This document shows, in pieces, positions 26,444 through 36,171 of a stretch of 64,000 nucleotides of DNA. A program made the translations under genes and the position numbers. The DNA is taken from contig JAZQGP010000013.1 in the NCBI GenBank assembly GCA_045540015.1, forward strand, positions 128,251-192,250, written 5' to 3'. The notes beneath the pieces are model-generated. The model had not been told where the DNA came from. It made no database searches and was given only the letters and a program-made list of their open reading frames with translations. The stretch's first letter is position 1, and each line of letters starts with the position of its first letter. This stretch comes from Eubacteriales bacterium (GTDB lineage: Bacteria > Bacillota > Clostridia > Oscillospirales > CAG-382).

Positions 26444-27706
26444 TTATTTTTTTCGTTTGTTTGAAAGTTTTTCAAGGTTTTCCATTATTTCACTATTCAT
26501 TCTCTTAAATCTGTCTGAAGGTTTGGTTCGGCGCAAGTTTAATCCGTTATTATAGCGTTCAATAACTACTTCATATTGTCCCATAGCCGCCTTTACTGAA
26601 TCCTCCCAAGATAAATAAAGTTCTTCACTTGCACACTGTCCGACAGCGTGCATTTTTTCTTTTTTATCGTAAAGAGATATCAGACATTTGGATAAAGCTT
26701 CTGAGGATTCATCCACTAAAAATCCGTTTCTACCATCGGTCACTCCTTCAGCAGCACAACTGTTTTTTATTAACACTGCACCCAAGCTGCAAGCTGCCGC
26801 CTCTCGAACTACCAATCCATTTGTATCATAGGATGATGGAAACAAAAACAGATCGGCTCTGCAATACCAAGCACGAAGCACCTCACGATCCCGTATAGCA
26901 CCGGTGAAAATACATTTGTCTTTAATGCCCATCGTTTCTGTATAGTCTTTTATTTCATCCAAGTCATCACCGTCACCTATAAATACCATACGGAAATCCT
27001 TACCTTGCTTTGCGAGTAGAGCGAGAGCATCCACCGATAAGCGTATTCCTTTATACCACATCATACGCCCCACATAAAGGTAGATAGGCACATCTTTAGG
27101 AAGGCAGTACTTTTTTGTGGCTTCCTTGATTTTGGTGTCATATACTCGCTGACACGGAAGATCTACACCATTAGGCATTACAATATATTCCCCTTCGTAT
27201 CCAAGAGATCGTAGATTCTCTCCTGCACCATGGCTTACCGTCCATACCTCATCACAAGCGTTAATATTTGAAACAATTGCTTTTTTGCAAGCACTTTGTA
27301 AAGGCCTACTTTTTATTATATTGGCTATATCAACATCAAATTTAGTATGATATGTGAGAACAATCGGCACATTAAGCATTTGCCTCAGTTCTCTTGCCAT
27401 AAAGGTCGACATAATTGGGCAATGACTGTGCAGCAGTGATACATGGTACTGATTGGAGGCTCTTACAACCTCCGGTGAAAATGGAATTCCTGCCATATAT
27501 CCGTCCATCTTTCTAAAGGTAACACTCGGATATCGTACAATCGGAAAAGAATATTTGTTGTCTTCGGCTTGGGGATGCGAAGGAGTTACTACCATTGCTC
27601 CGACACCGTTATTTTTGATATTTTCGGCATAATTCAGTACTGTATTTGCCACACCGTCGATTTGAGACGGAAAAGAATCATTTAATAGACATATGGTTTT
27701 AAGCAT
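26444..27706 (-). CDS. GT4-family glycosyltransferase (glycolipid-synthase-like)
   Basis: GT-B fold with N-terminal DGVANTV and a C-terminal E-x7-E-like region (PSSYDTNGLVVREAAAC). It resembles diacylglycerol glucosyltransferases. Confidence 0.8.
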   Translation of the reverse strand: MLKTICLLNDSFPSQIDGVANTVLNYAENIKNNGVGAMVVTPSHPQAEDNKYSFPIVRYPSVTFRKMDGYMAGIPFSPEVVRASNQYHVSLLHSHCPIMSTFMARELRQMLNVPIVLTYHTKFDVDIANIIKSRPLQSACKKAIVSNINACDEVWTVSHGAGENLRSLGYEGEYIVMPNGVDLPCQRVYDTKIKEATKKYCLPKDVPIYLYVGRMMWYKGIRLSVDALALLAKQGKDFRMVFIGDGDDLDEIKDYTETMGIKDKCIFTGAIRDREVLRAWYCRADLFLFPSSYDTNGLVVREAAACSLGAVLIKNSCAAEGVTDGRNGFLVDESSEALSKCLISLYDKKEKMHAVGQCASEELYLSWEDSVKAAMGQYEVVIERYNNGLNLRRTKPSDRFKRMNSEIMENLEKLSNKRKK

Positions 27707-27860
27707 TTCATTTGTTGCCTCCTTTTCATATCATTGTAACATAAAAAAATAAACTGAAAAGAAACTAAAGAAACAAATATCATAACAGTGCTTTTTGCCG
27801 TCCTTGCCTTGACACTGGGTAGCATATAATATAAAATATTATAAACAAATTTTTGAATTA

Positions 27861-27892
27861 GTTTAGATTCAGTTTATTTATCAGGTATATAA
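27861..27892 (+). promoter_or_regulatory. operator-like motif (site a) plus -10 box upstream of the two-component operon
   Basis: GTTTAGATTCAGTTTATT, 8 nt, then TATAAT (27887-27892). Confidence 0.55.
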
Positions 27893-27922
27893 TGAAATAA
27901 CCGAAATAAAAGGAGATAAATT

Positions 27923-28597
27923 ATGTTTCACATTCTTGTTGTTGATGATGACCGTCATACCAGGATGCTTCTTGAAGCCATTTTGAAAGCGGAAAATTAT
28001 ACCGTATTCACTGCATCGAACGGAGAAGATGCCCTTAGTGTAATGGACAAAGAGCATATTGATCTTGTGGTGCTTGATATTATGATGCCGAAAATGGACG
28101 GCTATGAATTCACAAAGTTTCTTCGTGAAACGGATAATAATTTGCCAATCCTTATGGTATCTGCAAGACAGCTTCCTGCGGACAAGCGTAAGGGCTTCCT
28201 TGTGGGAACTGATGATTACATTACAAAGCCTATTGACGAAGAGGAAATGCTACTTCGTATAAAGGCTCTCCTTCGCCGTGCACAGATTGTTAACGAACAG
28301 AAGATGAAAATCGGCGAGGTTATTCTTGACTATAATTCCTTTTCCGTAAGCAGGAACGGAGAAACACAGGTATTGCCGCAAAAGGAGTTTCTGCTTCTGT
28401 ATAAGCTGCTTTCATACCCCGGACAGATTTTTACACGAATTCAGCTTATGGACGAAATTTGGGGAGCTGAAAGTGATACCGGGTGGGAAACTGTTACGGT
28501 ACACGTAGGACGACTTCGCAAACGCTTTGAAAACTGGAAGGAGTTTGAAATAGAGTCTGTAAGAGGACTCGGATACAGGGCGGTAAAGAGAGTATGA
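27923..28597 (+). CDS. OmpR/PhoB-family response regulator
   Basis: Receiver domain (VVDDD...DLVVLDIMMPKMDG) plus a winged-helix output domain (...VRGLGYRAV). Confidence 0.9.
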   Translation: MFHILVVDDDRHTRMLLEAILKAENYTVFTASNGEDALSVMDKEHIDLVVLDIMMPKMDGYEFTKFLRETDNNLPILMVSARQLPADKRKGFLVGTDDYITKPIDEEEMLLRIKALLRRAQIVNEQKMKIGEVILDYNSFSVSRNGETQVLPQKEFLLLYKLLSYPGQIFTRIQLMDEIWGAESDTGWETVTVHVGRLRKRFENWKEFEIESVRGLGYRAVKRV

Positions 28598-29655
28598 AAA
28601 AAGAAGAACGCAGACACAGACTGGCATTGACTTTGTTGGTTGCGGCATTTGTTTTCTGCATTATTCTCGTTGCCGTGATATTATCCGCAATTACAGTTTA
28701 TATTCTTTTGGATACGGGAGTTATTTCCACCATCGACGGAAGACCCGAGCCTATGCATACACTTATATTTATGGGACTTATCAGTCTTGTTATGGGCTCT
28801 GCGTTAACAGCGGTGATAAGTAAAATTTCCTTAAAGCCGGTAAACCGCATTATCGATCAGATGAACAGACTTGCTTCCGGAGATTTTAAGGCAAGACTGA
28901 AGATAGGAAAGCCGATAAATGCACATCCAACCTTTGTTGAAGTAACCGAGAGTTTTAACAAAATGGCACAGGAGCTTGAAAATACCGAAATGCTTCGCGG
29001 AGATTTTATAAACAACTTCTCACACGAATTCAAAACTCCCATAGTTTCAATTGCAGGCTTTGCAAAGCTTTTAAAACGCGGAAATCTCACCGAAGAACAG
29101 AAAAAAGAATATATTGACATAATTGAAGAGGAGTCAATGCGCCTTGCTGCAATGGCTACCAACGTTCTGAATTTGACAAAATACGAAAATCAAACAATTC
29201 TCACTGACGTAACAAGTTTTAATCTTTCCGAGCAGCTGCGTTCAAGCATCTTGTCTCTTGAAGGAAAATGGTCTAAAAAGAGTATTGATTTTAATCTTGA
29301 TTTCGGGGAACACATAATACAGGGAAACAAAGATATGCTCAAGCATGTCTGGATCAATCTTGTTGACAATGCCATTAAGTTCTCAAGCGGTGGCGGAACG
29401 GTCGAAATAGGAATAAGGGAACGAAGCGGATATTATGAAGTTTCCGTGCAGAATTGTGGCAGTGAAATTACACCCGAACAACAGAAAAAGATATTTAATA
29501 AATTCTATCAGGCAGATGAATCGCACGCATCTGAAGGTAACGGCGTTGGTCTTGCTCTTGTGAAGGGCATTTCTGAGCTTCACGGTGGAAAGGTTACCGT
29601 ACACTCCGAAGACGGCACTACTACCTTTACGGTAAGCCTGCCCAAAGAGCAATAA
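28594..29655 (+). CDS. sensor histidine kinase (two TM segments with a ~12-aa loop, HAMP, HisKA, HATPase)
   Basis: H-box FSHEFKTPI, N-box DNAIKFS, G-box GNGVGLALV. The very short extracytoplasmic loop suggests intramembrane sensing. Confidence 0.9.
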   Translation: MKKEERRHRLALTLLVAAFVFCIILVAVILSAITVYILLDTGVISTIDGRPEPMHTLIFMGLISLVMGSALTAVISKISLKPVNRIIDQMNRLASGDFKARLKIGKPINAHPTFVEVTESFNKMAQELENTEMLRGDFINNFSHEFKTPIVSIAGFAKLLKRGNLTEEQKKEYIDIIEEESMRLAAMATNVLNLTKYENQTILTDVTSFNLSEQLRSSILSLEGKWSKKSIDFNLDFGEHIIQGNKDMLKHVWINLVDNAIKFSSGGGTVEIGIRERSGYYEVSVQNCGSEITPEQQKKIFNKFYQADESHASEGNGVGLALVKGISELHGGKVTVHSEDGTTTFTVSLPKEQ

Positions 29656-29656
29656 A

Positions 29657-29689
29657 GCTTAGATTCAGTTTAGAAAAGCAGAATATTAT
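29657..29689 (+). promoter_or_regulatory. operator-like motif (site b) plus -10 box immediately after the kinase stop
   Basis: GCTTAGATTCAGTTTAGA, 9 nt, then TATTAT (29684-29689). Confidence 0.45.
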
Positions 29690-29731
29690 TAAAAATAGTG
29701 CCGCAAGTTTTTTATATTTCTCCTTATACGT

Positions 29732-29776
29732 AAAACAGACAGTTACGGTTTCATAGCTGTCTGTTTTGTTTTTTAT
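29732..29776 (+). terminator. intrinsic terminator
   Basis: Stem AAAACAGACAG / CTGTCTGTTTT followed by GTTTTTT. Confidence 0.65.
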
Positions 29777-29806
29777 ATATGCCGACAACTCAATTGAAAT
29801 AAAAAA

Positions 29807-29839
29807 GTTTCGTTTCAGTTTAGAAACAGATATTACACT
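29807..29839 (+). promoter_or_regulatory. operator-like motif (site c) plus -10 box upstream of the ABC exporter genes
   Basis: GTTTCGTTTCAGTTTAGA, 9 nt, then TACACT. Confidence 0.55.
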
Positions 29840-29871
29840 ACCTATGCAAAAATGAAAGGAGTTTTTATTTT

Positions 29872-31623
29872 ATGATTCGTATCCTGAAGAAATTAAGGAA
29901 AAATGACGTGCTGTTGATTCTTGTTTCGGTCGTCTTTATCGCCGCTCAGGTATGGCTTGATTTGAAAATGCCCGACTATATGAGCGAGATCACGACTCTT
30001 GTGCAGACACCGGGCAATGAAATGCGGGACGTATTATTTGCCGGAGGAAAAATGCTTCTCTGTGCATTCGGCAGTCTTGTTTCGGCAGTCGCAGTTTCTA
30101 TTTTGTGCGCCAGAATTGCTACCGACTTCGGTGCTGATCTGCGTTCGGGGCTATATAACAAGGTTCTCTCATTTTCAAAGGGAGAAATCAGCAAGTTTTC
30201 CACCGCAAGTCTTATCACCCGAACCACCAACGATATTATGCAGGTACAAATGCTTATCATTATGGGCTTGCAGTCTATGATCAAGGCACCCTTGATGGGT
30301 ACTTGGGCGATTATTAAAATTGCGGGCAAAAACACCGAATGGACAATTACAACAGCCATAGCGGTCGCTTGCCTTTTGGTAGTTGTTGCACTGGCTATTG
30401 CGTTGATGCTTCCCAAATTCCGCAAGGTACAGAAGATGACTGATGACCTAAACCGTGTAACCCGAGAGAATCTCAGTGGTATCCGTGTTATCCGTGCCTA
30501 TAATGCCGAAGAATATCAACAGAGCAAATTTGATGCTACCAACACTGATCTTACAAAGGCACATTTGTTTACCGGCAGAGTTTCCGCGTTTATGATGCCT
30601 ACCATTCAAATGATTATGAGTGGACTCAGCCTTGCTATCTATTGGATCGGCGCAGCACTGATTGACAGTGCGGGAATGCAGGAAAAAATGGGGCTGTTTT
30701 CCGATATGATTGTATTTTCACAGTATGCAATGCAGGTCGTTATGGCGTTTATGATGCTGGTTATGCTCTTTATTATGCTTCCCCGTGCGTCCGTTTCGGC
30801 AAAGCGTATTCTTGAGGTTCTTGATACACCAATCTCTATTCATGACGGTGATGTTTCAGAAAGTAAAGCAAACCGTGAAGGTGAAATTGAATTCAAAAAC
30901 GTCAGCTTCCGTTATCCTGACGGCGAAGGTGATGTGATAGAGAACATCAGCTTTACGGCGAAAAAGGGAGAAACCGTTGCCATTATCGGCTCAACAGGAA
31001 GCGGAAAAACTACACTTATTGATTTGATTCCCCGTTTCTACGATGTAACAAGCGGCGAGGTACTCGTTGACGGCGTTAACGTAAAGAATTATAAATTAAA
31101 GACTCTTCGCAATAAAATCGGCTACGTTTCTCAAAAAGCTACCCTGTTTTCCGGAACGGTTCGCAGCAACGTTATCTTTGGCGATAGCGGACATAACCTC
31201 AATCAGAATTTTGTGGAATCCATTTACACCGCACAGGCGGCGGACTTTGTTGAGAAGATGGAAGGTAGCTATGACGGTGCCATTGCTCAGGGAGGTACAA
31301 ACCTTTCGGGTGGGCAAAAGCAGCGCCTTTCCATTGCCCGTGCTATCTGCCGCAGACCTGAAATTCTGATTTTTGACGATTCCTTCTCGGCACTTGACTA
31401 TAAAACAGATCGAGTGCTTCGCCAAAAAATGAATGAAGATTGCAAGAAGATAACCAAGCTGATCGTTGCACAGCGCATTGGTACCATTCGCGATGCAGAC
31501 CGCATCATTGTTCTGGACGAGGGCAAAATGGTCGGATACGGAAAGCATAAGGAGCTTATGGAAAACTGCGAGATTTACAGACAGATTGCCTTTTCACAAC
31601 TTTCAAAGGAGGAGCTTGCCTGA
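29872..31623 (+). CDS. ABC exporter, fused permease/ATPase (type I, heterodimer partner 1)
   Basis: Six-TM N-domain. Walker A GSTGSGKTT, signature LSGGQKQR, Walker B ILIFDDSFSALD. Confidence 0.9.
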   Translation: MIRILKKLRKNDVLLILVSVVFIAAQVWLDLKMPDYMSEITTLVQTPGNEMRDVLFAGGKMLLCAFGSLVSAVAVSILCARIATDFGADLRSGLYNKVLSFSKGEISKFSTASLITRTTNDIMQVQMLIIMGLQSMIKAPLMGTWAIIKIAGKNTEWTITTAIAVACLLVVVALAIALMLPKFRKVQKMTDDLNRVTRENLSGIRVIRAYNAEEYQQSKFDATNTDLTKAHLFTGRVSAFMMPTIQMIMSGLSLAIYWIGAALIDSAGMQEKMGLFSDMIVFSQYAMQVVMAFMMLVMLFIMLPRASVSAKRILEVLDTPISIHDGDVSESKANREGEIEFKNVSFRYPDGEGDVIENISFTAKKGETVAIIGSTGSGKTTLIDLIPRFYDVTSGEVLVDGVNVKNYKLKTLRNKIGYVSQKATLFSGTVRSNVIFGDSGHNLNQNFVESIYTAQAADFVEKMEGSYDGAIAQGGTNLSGGQKQRLSIARAICRRPEILIFDDSFSALDYKTDRVLRQKMNEDCKKITKLIVAQRIGTIRDADRIIVLDEGKMVGYGKHKELMENCEIYRQIAFSQLSKEELA

Positions 31624-33443
31624 TGGATAGCAAAAACAGAAATAACAGACCCGGTCCCGGCCCCGGACCTATGCCCGGCGGTCCCGAGAAGGCAAAGGAC
31701 ACCAAAGGCACCTGGGTTAAAATTATCAAGTATTGCCGCAAATATTGGACGGCAATGATTGTGGCAGTGCTTTCGGCAGGCATCGGTACGGTTCTCACCC
31801 TGCTTGGTCCGGATAAAATTTCAGACCTTACCAAAGTAATCGGTGAAGGTATTATGACCGGCATCGATATGGATAAGGTTGCTAAAATCGGCTTTACTTT
31901 GGTTGCATTTTATGCGTTTTCTTGGCTTCTTTCGGTATTACAGCAGTTCGTTATGAACCATGTAACGCAAAACGTATCAAAGAGCCTGCGTACCGATATT
32001 TCTAAGAAAATCAACCGTTTGCCAATGTGGTACTACAATACCACCTCCACAGGTGATGTGCTTTCCCGTGTCACCAATGACGTAGATATGATTGCGCAAT
32101 CGCTGAATCAGAGCGTAGGAACTTTAGTGCATTCGATTACCCTTTTTGTCGGCTCTATTATTATGATGCTTGTAACCGACGTTACAATGACGATCGCTGC
32201 GATTCTTTCCGTGCTTATCGGCTTCATTTTGATGGGTGCTATTATGGGGCGTTCCCAAAAATACTTCTCCCGTCAGCAAAAGGCTCTGGGTGCAGTAAAC
32301 GGTCAGATCGAAGAGATCTACTCCGGTCAAACCATTGTCCGTGCCTATAATGCTGAGGATAAGGCAAAAGAGGATTTTAACAAAATGAATTTCCATTTGC
32401 GTGACTGCGGTTTCAAGGCACAGTGCATTGCAGGTACAATGATGCCTATTATGGGCTTTATCGGCAACTTTGGCTATGTGGTCGTATGTGTTGTCGGTGC
32501 AATGCTGACGATGAACGGCAATATCGGTTTTGAGGTTATCGTTGCCTTTATGATGTATGTTCGTTACTTCACGCAGCCTCTTTCCCAAATGGCACAGGCA
32601 GCTCAGTCCCTACAGTCTGCCGCAGCCGCCGGTGAGCGTGTGTTTGAATTCCTTGAAGCAGAAGAAATGGCGGATGAAAGCAGTAAGACAACCGTTCTGG
32701 GCGATGTAAAAGGCACAGTTGAATTCGACCATGTAAGGTTTGGCTACGAGGACTCCGATAAAATAATTATCAAAGATTTTTCTGCCAAAGCAACGCCCGG
32801 TCAGAAGATTGCCATTGTCGGACCTACGGGAGCGGGTAAAACTACTCTTGTAAATCTGCTTATGCGTTTTCATGAGATTCAGAGTGGTGAAATCCGTATC
32901 GACGGCACGCCCACATCGGCTCTTACCCGCGAAAACGTGCATTCACAGTTCTGTATGGTCTTACAGGATACCTGGGTATTTGAAGGAACGGTGCGTGAAA
33001 ATCTGATGTATTGCTCTGAGGGTGCCACCGAGGAAAAAATGATTGCCGCTTGCAGGGCAGTTGGTCTTGACCATTTTATTCACACACTTCCCAAGGGATA
33101 CGACACTGTTCTTTCCGACAGCACCAACCTTTCGCAGGGGCAAAAACAACAGCTTACCATTGCCCGTGCTATGATTGCCGATAAGCCGATGCTGATTCTG
33201 GACGAGGCGACAAGCTCGGTTGATACAAGAACGGAGCTGCAGATTCAAAAGGCTATGGATGAACTGATGAAGAACAGAACCTCGTTTGTTATTGCACACA
33301 GACTTTCTACCATTAAAAACGCCGACCTTATTCTTGTTATCAAGGATGGCGATATTATTGAAAGCGGCAACCACGAAGAGCTTCTCTCACAGAACGGCTT
33401 CTATGCCGATCTATACAACAGCCAGTTTGAACAGGCATCGTAA
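31623..33443 (+). CDS. ABC exporter, fused permease/ATPase (heterodimer partner 2)
   Basis: Walker A GPTGAGKTT, signature LSQGQKQQ, Walker B LILDEATSSVD. Start overlaps the partner-1 stop. Confidence 0.9.
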   Translation: MDSKNRNNRPGPGPGPMPGGPEKAKDTKGTWVKIIKYCRKYWTAMIVAVLSAGIGTVLTLLGPDKISDLTKVIGEGIMTGIDMDKVAKIGFTLVAFYAFSWLLSVLQQFVMNHVTQNVSKSLRTDISKKINRLPMWYYNTTSTGDVLSRVTNDVDMIAQSLNQSVGTLVHSITLFVGSIIMMLVTDVTMTIAAILSVLIGFILMGAIMGRSQKYFSRQQKALGAVNGQIEEIYSGQTIVRAYNAEDKAKEDFNKMNFHLRDCGFKAQCIAGTMMPIMGFIGNFGYVVVCVVGAMLTMNGNIGFEVIVAFMMYVRYFTQPLSQMAQAAQSLQSAAAAGERVFEFLEAEEMADESSKTTVLGDVKGTVEFDHVRFGYEDSDKIIIKDFSAKATPGQKIAIVGPTGAGKTTLVNLLMRFHEIQSGEIRIDGTPTSALTRENVHSQFCMVLQDTWVFEGTVRENLMYCSEGATEEKMIAACRAVGLDHFIHTLPKGYDTVLSDSTNLSQGQKQQLTIARAMIADKPMLILDEATSSVDTRTELQIQKAMDELMKNRTSFVIAHRLSTIKNADLILVIKDGDIIESGNHEELLSQNGFYADLYNSQFEQAS

Positions 33444-33454
33444 GGAGATTTTTT

Positions 33455-34054
33455 ATGAGTCATAAATATATAGCAATTGAGCGAGAATACGGCAGCGGCG
33501 GCACGGAAATTGCCCGCCGCCTTGCCGAAGAATGTTCCGTTTCCTGTTACGGTCAGGAAATTCTTGAGGCAGTATCCAAAGAGTTTGGCGTTTCCATTGA
33601 AGAGATTCAAAAAAGCGAGGAAAACGTAACCAACAGCTTTCTTTATACTCTCTATGCCATCGGACAAATTCAGTCCGGAAATACGAGCGTTTTAACACAA
33701 GAAGGTAAACTCTTCGTAGCTGAACAAGAATTTATCCGCAAATCTGCTTTAAAAGGGTCAGCCATATATCTCGGGCACTGTGCATCGGAAGCACTTGACG
33801 GACTCGATGTGGTTCGCGTTTTTATTCGTTGCTCGGATAAGGATATAAAGGCAAAGCGTATTGAAGAGGAGTACGGCATACCTGCCGGAGAATGTGAAAG
33901 CGCCCGCAAGCGTTTTGATAATAAGCGCAGTAAATACTACTTTGCAAACACCGCAAAGAAATGGGAGGACCTTACAAATTACGACATTGTTCTGGACAGT
34001 GCAACTCTTGGAATTGACGGTTGCGTTTCCGTTTTGAAATGTATTATCGGGTAG
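33455..34054 (+). CDS. cytidylate-kinase-like family protein
   Basis: N-terminal IAIEREYGSGGTEIARRLAE, typical of the CMK-like AAA family common in Clostridia. Confidence 0.7.
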   Translation: MSHKYIAIEREYGSGGTEIARRLAEECSVSCYGQEILEAVSKEFGVSIEEIQKSEENVTNSFLYTLYAIGQIQSGNTSVLTQEGKLFVAEQEFIRKSALKGSAIYLGHCASEALDGLDVVRVFIRCSDKDIKAKRIEEEYGIPAGECESARKRFDNKRSKYYFANTAKKWEDLTNYDIVLDSATLGIDGCVSVLKCIIG

Positions 34055-34084
34055 TGAAGCTTCTATAAATCGAGGTGATGAAAT

Positions 34085-34495
34085 ATGAAAAGATGGTTTC
34101 AAAATTTAGGTGAGAAAATGCAAAGGTGGATGTATGGCAGATACGGATACGATGAGCTATCGAAGTTTCTGACAATATGTGCTTTTGTGCTTATCCTTCT
34201 TTCCGACGTTTCACCTATATTTAATACCTTGGCTCTTATTATGCTCATATGGTCGATGTTCCGCATTTATTCGAGAAATACTGCAAAAAGACAAGGTGAA
34301 CGTCAGAAATATCTGCAGATAAAGACAAAAATCAAGCAATTCTTTTTGAGGCACAGAAATATGTTCAGAGAACGCAAGACTCACATTTATTTCAAATGCC
34401 CGTCATGCAAGATTTATCTCAGAGTTCCCAAAGGCAAAGGAACAATAGAAATAACCTGCCCCAAGTGCAAAAACAAAGTTACCAAAAAAACATAA
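34085..34495 (+). CDS. membrane protein with C-terminal zinc ribbon (paralog 1)
   Basis: Two TM segments, then YFKCPSCKIYLRVPKGKGTIEITCPKCKNK. Paralogous to 38676-39098. Confidence 0.65.
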   Translation: MKRWFQNLGEKMQRWMYGRYGYDELSKFLTICAFVLILLSDVSPIFNTLALIMLIWSMFRIYSRNTAKRQGERQKYLQIKTKIKQFFLRHRNMFRERKTHIYFKCPSCKIYLRVPKGKGTIEITCPKCKNKVTKKT

Positions 34496-34504
34496 GGAGT
34501 TATT

Positions 34505-35338
34505 ATGTTTGGATACATACAGGCAAATACCTGCGACCTTTCAACAGATGAAAAGCTGAGATATAAATCGGTATATTGCGGAATATGTCACTCTATAGGT
34601 GACCGTTATGGAAATATTGCACGAATGGGACTAAGCTATGACCTGACGTTTCTTGCCCTGCTATGCTCATCTCTTTATGAGCCTGCTTGTGAATGTACTA
34701 AACGCAGGTGTGTGATTCACCCTTGCAAAAGTCACAGTTGTATTAACAATAAGTATATTGACTACGCAGCAGACATGACGGTTGCCCTGATGTATCATAA
34801 ATGTCTCGATGACTGGAATGACGATAGGAACATTGCAATGAAATGCTATGCCTCTCTGCTTTTAAGGTCATACAACACAATAAAAAAAGCTTGGCCTGAG
34901 CAATGCCGGTGTATCGAACGGGAGCTTGAAACCATTTCCGGTATAGAAAGAAATGATAACGGCGATGCCGATGCCGCATCAAAAAGCTTTGGCAGGCTTA
35001 TGGCATGTGTGTTTGCTCCGGAAAAGGACAATTGGAAGTCGTATCTTGAAGACATCGGATATGGACTTGGTAGGTATATATATATTGCAGATGCCGCAGT
35101 GGATCTGAAAAAAGATATAAAAAAAGGCAGCTATAATCCGTTAAAAGCAACTATGCCACAGCCCGAATTGGTAAAAAGCGCACTTAAAATTATGCTGGGA
35201 GAATCCTCAAAAGCATTTGAGGCATTGCCGCTTGAAGAAGATCTGGGGCTGCTAAGAAACATTTTGTATTCCGGGGTCTGGATAAAATACAACAGAGGAA
35301 TGCAAAAAAGGAAAGGAAGAAAAGTAAATGGTGAGTGA
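34505..35338 (+). CDS. DUF5685-like protein
   Basis: N-terminal MFGYIQANTCDLSTDEKLRYKSVYCGICHSIG...YDLTFLALL resembles the DUF5685 family, judged by recollection of the family pattern. Confidence 0.55.
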   Translation: MFGYIQANTCDLSTDEKLRYKSVYCGICHSIGDRYGNIARMGLSYDLTFLALLCSSLYEPACECTKRRCVIHPCKSHSCINNKYIDYAADMTVALMYHKCLDDWNDDRNIAMKCYASLLLRSYNTIKKAWPEQCRCIERELETISGIERNDNGDADAASKSFGRLMACVFAPEKDNWKSYLEDIGYGLGRYIYIADAAVDLKKDIKKGSYNPLKATMPQPELVKSALKIMLGESSKAFEALPLEEDLGLLRNILYSGVWIKYNRGMQKRKGRKVNGE

Positions 35339-36155
35339 TCCTTATCAGGTGCTTGGTGTTTCCAGAAATGCCACACAGGACGAAATCAAAAAAGCATATC
35401 GCAGAAAGGCAAAGGAATACCATCCCGACCTTCATCCGAATGACCCCACGGCAACGCAAAAAATGAACGAGGTAAATGTTGCTTACGATATGCTTATGAA
35501 TCCCGATAAATATGAGGCAAAACGTGCGCAGCAGCAACATCAGTCACAGAACCGTGGCTACGGTGGTTATGGAAACGGCGGATATTCGGGAAACTATAAC
35601 GGAAACCGTTACGGAGGAGGATATTCATCGGGCGGACAAGGCAGCTCTTCCGGCAGCAATAATTCCTCCGGCGGCTATCAGGGGCCGGGCGGATGGTCAA
35701 GCGATTTTGGAGGCTTCGGCTTTGAAGACATATTCGGATTTGGTTTTGAGCAGCAGAACGTATCATTAAATCCTCAATATGAATCGGGAGACAGTCCGCA
35801 GATACGAAGAGTGGTTGACGAGATCAACAACAGGCGTTATCAGGCTGCAATCGGAATATTGACATACATTCCGAGCTCCGGAAGAAATGCAAGATGGTTC
35901 TATTTGTCAGCACTTGCAAATCACGGTCTCGGAAACACTGTACAGGCAATCGATCATATGCAAAAAGCGGCACAGATGGAACCGGGAAATAACAATTATC
36001 GCCTGATATTACAAAAATTCAAAAAAGCTGAGCAAACTTATGAAAATAATGCTCAGGGCTTCAATATGAACATTATGAATATGCAAAAATTATGTTTTGG
36101 CTGTATGGCGGCTCAGTGTCTCTGCGGTCCGTTCGGATGCCTCAGGTGTATTTAA
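35328..36155 (+). CDS. J-domain protein with G/Y-rich linker, TPR-like region and Cys-rich C-terminal tail
   Basis: J domain DPYQVLGV...YHPDL. No CxxCxGxG zinc-finger domain. Tail [20 protein letters not shown]. Confidence 0.8.
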   Translation: MVSDPYQVLGVSRNATQDEIKKAYRRKAKEYHPDLHPNDPTATQKMNEVNVAYDMLMNPDKYEAKRAQQQHQSQNRGYGGYGNGGYSGNYNGNRYGGGYSSGGQGSSSGSNNSSGGYQGPGGWSSDFGGFGFEDIFGFGFEQQNVSLNPQYESGDSPQIRRVVDEINNRRYQAAIGILTYIPSSGRNARWFYLSALANHGLGNTVQAIDHMQKAAQMEPGNNNYRLILQKFKKAEQTYENNAQGFNMNIMNMQKLCFGCMAAQCLCGPFGCLRCI

Positions 36156-36171
36156 TGAAAGGAATAAAAAC

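Noticed and set aside
36097-36171. Upstream TTG start for the DnaK-like gene
   Set aside because: It would overlap the J-protein gene by 59 nt and add a non-conserved leader. ATG at 36172 gives the canonical [15 protein letters not shown]-terminus.
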